The notes under the pieces were generated by a model that was not told the DNA's origin, ran no database searches, and worked only from the letters and a program-made list of their open reading frames with translations. 64,000 nt of DNA, taken from a virus. Positions 59,754 to 64,000 of this stretch are shown here, one piece after another. The stretch covers positions 32,001-96,000 of the IMG/VR virus record IMGVR_UViG_3300042308_001049, one strand, 5' to 3'. A program made the translations under genes and the position numbers. How positions within the stretch are numbered: the first letter of the stretch is position 1; every line of letters starts with the position of its first letter.

Positions 59754-60671
59754 ATGAAATTATCTGAATTAAAGCGCTCTATCCGTGAGATGATTGTAAG
59801 TGAGCTTACAGAAGCTAGCGCAACAGAATATATAGCTTCAACAACCCAAGGTGAAGAAGATAGAATTAAAGGAGACCCAAAAATATCAAGTGATGTTAAA
59901 AGAGGTGCTCTTCAAGCCTTAAAAACAGCTAAACCAGGAACAAAAGTAGTTGTCCCTACTAATGAAGCCTCACTCAATGAATTTGCAGCCTTCTACAAAA
60001 TTAAAGATGATGTAGATAAAGAAGAAGCAAAAGCTGCTATTGATAAAGCCATCAAAGATAATCCAGGACAAAAGAATTTACAACTTGCTTTAAGAATACT
60101 TAAAGATGAAGAAAAAGTAAACTTTGAGAAACTAGCTAATTCACTAGGTATAAAAAGTGTAGCTACCTTTAACAACCAAGATTCTAGAAAAGTTTTAGAC
60201 GGTGACTTAGCCCCATTTATTAGCTCAGCTAGACTTAAAAAATCTGAACCAGTTGAACCTGGAGAACCTAAAGAACCAAAAGAAAAAGGAGCAATAGGTC
60301 GTCCAATAGGTCGTCCAAAAGGGTCAACTAAATCAAGTGATGCTTTAGCTTATACTATGAGTGGTGATGTTAAAGTAGTAGGTAAAGATCCTAGTAAATC
60401 ACTTATTAAAAGAGCTGTTAAAGCCGCTCGTTCAGTCCAACCTATAAGCACTATCAATACTACAGACCTAGACGCTGTGGAAGCTCAATTAAAAGCTATT
60501 AGTAGTGAGTTAGAAACTAAACTACCTAAAGCAAAAGAAATTGCCGCTAAAGGTAATACTAAAAACTACTCAGAAGAAGAAGCAGCCTTTATGGATGATA
60601 TTAGAACTAAGAGTGATTTGAGAAAACAATTAATTGCTACTCGTGATAAAATTGTTTCTAAAAAAAGATAA
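59754..60671 (+). CDS. Tagged late protein (MKLSELKRSIRE..LTE)
   Basis: AT-hook-like GRPIGRPKGS; late motif at 59724. Confidence 0.8.
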   Translation: MKLSELKRSIREMIVSELTEASATEYIASTTQGEEDRIKGDPKISSDVKRGALQALKTAKPGTKVVVPTNEASLNEFAAFYKIKDDVDKEEAKAAIDKAIKDNPGQKNLQLALRILKDEEKVNFEKLANSLGIKSVATFNNQDSRKVLDGDLAPFISSARLKKSEPVEPGEPKEPKEKGAIGRPIGRPKGSTKSSDALAYTMSGDVKVVGKDPSKSLIKRAVKAARSVQPISTINTTDLDAVEAQLKAISSELETKLPKAKEIAAKGNTKNYSEEEAAFMDDIRTKSDLRKQLIATRDKIVSKKR

Positions 60672-61032
60672 AATTATCAAACTAGATTGGATTAGAAGAA
60701 ATCCTCAGATAGTAGTAATAATTTTATTATTAGGGCTTATAATATTTCAATACTTATTCTTAAGTAATTCTTATAAAAAAGAATATTACAAAATGCTTAA
60801 AGAACAAGAAGTAAAATATGAACAACAAATAAATAAATTACATACATCTAATGATTCTATTTTAGCTCTAAATACTCGTATTAAAAATAGAATAGCTGAG
60901 ATTGATAAAGATATTGCTAAGAAAGAAGCTGAATTGGTTAAATTAAAAAAACAAAATGCACAAAACACTGCTAAGCTTAATGCTATGTCTGACGCTGAGC
61001 TTTCCAGCGCTTTCACAGAACTCTTCAACTGA
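60634..61032 (+). CDS. TM + coiled-coil protein, possible i-spanin (start uncertain)
   Basis: Single TM segment then long coiled coil; overlaps next gene. Confidence 0.55.
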   Translation: MLLVIKLFLKKDKIIKLDWIRRNPQIVVIILLLGLIIFQYLFLSNSYKKEYYKMLKEQEVKYEQQINKLHTSNDSILALNTRIKNRIAEIDKDIAKKEAELVKLKKQNAQNTAKLNAMSDAELSSAFTELFN

Positions 61033-61348
61033 TTTAATTACAGTACCTCGTTCTACAGTTATAAGTGCTATTACCAAGTATAATGATTGTAAACTTGAAC
61101 TTCAATATAGTCAAGAAAAATTATTTGCTACTGAAACTAAAGTAAAATTACATCAAGAAGAAATTCTAAATTTAAATAATCTTATATCTAATAAAGATAT
61201 TGAGATAACTAATTTAGGTGAAATAATTAAATTAAGAGACAGTGAAATAAAAGCTCTAAAACAATCAAAAAGAGCTAAGTTTTGGAATGGTGCATTACTA
61301 GGATTCGGCAGTGGTACTGTCCTTTTATTCACAGTGCTCCAGTTATAA
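60956..61348 (+). CDS. Secreted coiled-coil protein, possible spanin partner
   Basis: Signal-peptide-like N-terminus, hydrophobic C-terminus. Confidence 0.55.
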   Translation: MHKTLLSLMLCLTLSFPALSQNSSTDLITVPRSTVISAITKYNDCKLELQYSQEKLFATETKVKLHQEEILNLNNLISNKDIEITNLGEIIKLRDSEIKALKQSKRAKFWNGALLGFGSGTVLLFTVLQL

Positions 61349-61352
61349 TATT

Positions 61353-62921
61353 ATGAGTGATCAAGATTTAAGAAAAATAATCCAACAGGAATACATAAAA
61401 TGTGCCCAAGACCCAGGACACTTTATGCGTAAATACTGTTACATCCAACACCCACAACGCGGTAGGATCACTTTTAATCTATTCCCATTCCAGGAAAAAG
61501 TACTCCATTTATGGAGAGATAATCCTTACTCTATTGTTTTAAAATCTCGCCAGTTAGGTATTTCAACTCTAGCAGCTAGTTATTCTTTATGGTTAATGAC
61601 TTTCCATAAAGATAAAAACGTATTGTGTCTCGCAACTACTCAGGAGACAGCCAAGAACATGGTTACCAAGGTTCGTTTCATGTATGATAACTTACCTTCC
61701 TGGCTTAAAGTAAAAGAGATAGAAAACAACCGTTTGAGTTTAAGACTAGCAAATGGATCACAAATTAAAGCCAAATCATCAAATAGTGACGCAGCACGTT
61801 CAGAAGCAGTATCTTTGCTGGTAATTGACGAAGCTGCCTTTATCGATAACGTAGCAGAAACATGGGCATCAGCACAACAAACACTTGCCACAGGTGGTGG
61901 AGCAATAGTACTTTCAACACCGTATGGAACTGGAAACTGGTTTCACCAGACATGGGTGAGGGCGGAAGCAGCAGAGAACGACTTCTTACCTATCAAATTA
62001 CCATGGTATGTCCACCCGGAGAGGGATGAGGAATGGAGAAAAAAACAAGATGAATTACTAGGTGACCCTAGAGCAGCAGCACAAGAATGTGACTGCGACT
62101 TTAGTACCTCAGGTGATACTGTTTTCTATTCTGAATGGTTAGAATTTATCTCTCAAACCACTATTAAAGAACCTCTAGAAAGACGAGGTGCTGATAAAAA
62201 CTTATGGGTTTGGGAACCAGCTGATTACTCTAGAGATTATATGGTAGTGGCTGACGTAGCTAGAGGTGATGGTAAAGACTTCTCAGCAGCTCACGTCATG
62301 GATATAGCTACTAATACACAAGTAGCTGAATATAAAGGACAATTAAGCCCTAAAGAATTTGGACATTTCCTTGTTGGTTTAGCTTCAGAATATAATAATG
62401 CTTTATTAGTAGTAGAAAATGCTTCTATTGGTTGGGCTACTATTGAGACTATACAAGAAAGAGGCTATCAGAACTTCTATTTGTCACCTAAGAGTGATCA
62501 ATTAACAGCTGAGTCGTATTTTAATAGATATGAATTCAGCAATAATTTAACTCCAGGTTTTACCATGTCAATGAAAACAAGACCACTTGTAGTAAATAAA
62601 TTTAGAGAATATGTTGGTGATAGAAGTGTCACTATCAACTCTAAACGTTTATTAGAAGAAATGAAAGTATTTGTTTGGAAAAACGGTAGACCAGAAGCAC
62701 AATCCGGTTATAATGATGACTTAGTAATGTCATTTGGTATTGGGATGTTCTTAAGAGATACCTCACTTAAATTCCAACAACAAGGTCTAGACATGACTAG
62801 AGCGGCTCTTAATAACATGGCTAAAAATACTACAGCTGGTGTATTTAGTGGTAATTCAATTCAAAACCCATACATTCAAGAAATGGGAAAACAAAAAGAG
62901 GATCTACGTTGGCTCCTTTAA
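61353..62921 (+). CDS. terL: Terminase large subunit (T4 gp17-like)
   Basis: KSRQLGIST, LVIDEAAF, LSTPYG, ADVARG, NDDLVMS. Confidence 0.95.
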   Translation: MSDQDLRKIIQQEYIKCAQDPGHFMRKYCYIQHPQRGRITFNLFPFQEKVLHLWRDNPYSIVLKSRQLGISTLAASYSLWLMTFHKDKNVLCLATTQETAKNMVTKVRFMYDNLPSWLKVKEIENNRLSLRLANGSQIKAKSSNSDAARSEAVSLLVIDEAAFIDNVAETWASAQQTLATGGGAIVLSTPYGTGNWFHQTWVRAEAAENDFLPIKLPWYVHPERDEEWRKKQDELLGDPRAAAQECDCDFSTSGDTVFYSEWLEFISQTTIKEPLERRGADKNLWVWEPADYSRDYMVVADVARGDGKDFSAAHVMDIATNTQVAEYKGQLSPKEFGHFLVGLASEYNNALLVVENASIGWATIETIQERGYQNFYLSPKSDQLTAESYFNRYEFSNNLTPGFTMSMKTRPLVVNKFREYVGDRSVTINSKRLLEEMKVFVWKNGRPEAQSGYNDDLVMSFGIGMFLRDTSLKFQQQGLDMTRAALNNMAKNTTAGVFSGNSIQNPYIQEMGKQKEDLRWLL

Positions 62922-62944
62922 TATTTATGATAATAAACTAAGCA

Positions 62945-64000
62945 ATGGCTGATACTAGTATTTTTTCAAGATTAAAAAGACTCTTTTCAACTGATGTAGT
63001 CATCAGAAATGAAGGAGGCAGTCAACTTAAAGTAGTTGACACTGATAAAATTCAAACTAGTGGTGAATTTCAAACTAATTCATTAGTTGATAGATTCCAA
63101 AAAATCTATACCAACCCAGCTGCTACCTCTCTTTTAGGTCAGCAGTTTAATATGCAATATCAGTATCTAAGAACTTATTTATATAGTGATTATGATACAA
63201 TGGATACAGATGCAATTGTAGCTTCTGCTCTTGATATTATAGCTGATGAATGTACTCTAAAGAATGATATGGGAGAAATACTTCAAATTAGAAGTAGTGA
63301 TGATGATATCCAAAAAATTCTTTATAACTTATTCTATGACGTACTTAACATTGAGTTCAACCTTTGGTCTTGGACTCGTCAAATGTGTAAGTATGGTGAT
63401 TTCTTTTTAAAACTAGAAATTGCTGAAAAATTTGGTGTTTATAATGTAATCCCTTATACCGCATACCACATTCAAAGACGTGAAAACTTTGACATGGCCA
63501 ACCCAGCCAAAGTTCAATTCTTATATTCACCTGACGGATATTATACTGGTGGTTCAGGTTACTATGCTACACCAAATACTAAACCTTTAGAAAATCAAAT
63601 AGTATTTGATAATTATGAGATAGCTCACTTCCGTTTATTAACAGATGTAAACTATCTTCCTTATGGTCGTTCATATCTAGAACCAGCACGTCGTTTATTT
63701 AAACAATATGTGTTAATGGAGGATGCAATGCTTATCCATAGAATTGCCCGCGCTCCAGAAAAACGTATTTTTTATGTTAATGTAGGTAATATTCCGCCTG
63801 CTGAAGTTGAGCAGTTTATGCAAAAAACTATAGGCACCATGAAACGTACTCCGTTAATGGATGAAAAAACAGGTGAATATAACCAAAAATATAACATGCA
63901 AAACTTACTAGAGGATTTCTATATCCCGGTAAGAGGAAATGATGCCGCTACTAAGATTGAAACTACAAAAGGTCTAGATTACGATGGTATCCAAGACGTA
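62945..64000 (+). CDS. Portal protein (T4 gp20-like), truncated by window end
   Basis: EDAMLIHRIARAPEKRIFYVNVGN...LEDFYIPVRG. Confidence 0.92.
   Translation, partial: MADTSIFSRLKRLFSTDVVIRNEGGSQLKVVDTDKIQTSGEFQTNSLVDRFQKIYTNPAATSLLGQQFNMQYQYLRTYLYSDYDTMDTDAIVASALDIIADECTLKNDMGEILQIRSSDDDIQKILYNLFYDVLNIEFNLWSWTRQMCKYGDFFLKLEIAEKFGVYNVIPYTAYHIQRRENFDMANPAKVQFLYSPDGYYTGGSGYYATPNTKPLENQIVFDNYEIAHFRLLTDVNYLPYGRSYLEPARRLFKQYVLMEDAMLIHRIARAPEKRIFYVNVGNIPPAEVEQFMQKTIGTMKRTPLMDEKTGEYNQKYNMQNLLEDFYIPVRGNDAATKIETTKGLDYDGIQDV

Noticed and set aside
1-64000. Stop-codon reassignment
   Set aside because: Genes end at TAG and TGA next to the following gene or promoter, long ORFs are intact in code 11, and no suppressor tRNA is present

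Overview
64 kb of a large T4-like (myovirus-type, probably jumbo) phage, almost all genes on the + strand, genetic code 11. The host is inferred to be Bacteroidota from the YTTGGCT-N17-TATATTTA promoters (-33/-7 type), A-rich leaders without Shine-Dalgarno sites, an Hc1-like histone and a small lipoprotein. Layout: non-coding repeat-rich region (141-800); about 20 small early genes, nearly all with their own copy of one promoter+leader (800-6830); MoxR/vWA operon; 13 tRNAs interleaved with non-canonical tRNA-like and other structured RNAs (12.8-15.4 kb); gp55-like sigma factor; baseplate and tail-fibre module with about 195 collagen triplets; primase and exonuclease; a 19 kb block of modular proteins with shared N-terminal tags and L/I-x-E motifs (probable head-packaged cargo); terminase and portal. 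Most striking: (1) a hairpin whose loop is antisense to the leader shared by the early genes; (2) the cargo block, whose modules are bracketed by direct duplications; (3) a rearranged tRNA-Ile(UAU)-like RNA and unexplained ncRNAs. All protein calls come from reading motifs by eye; no database searches were run.
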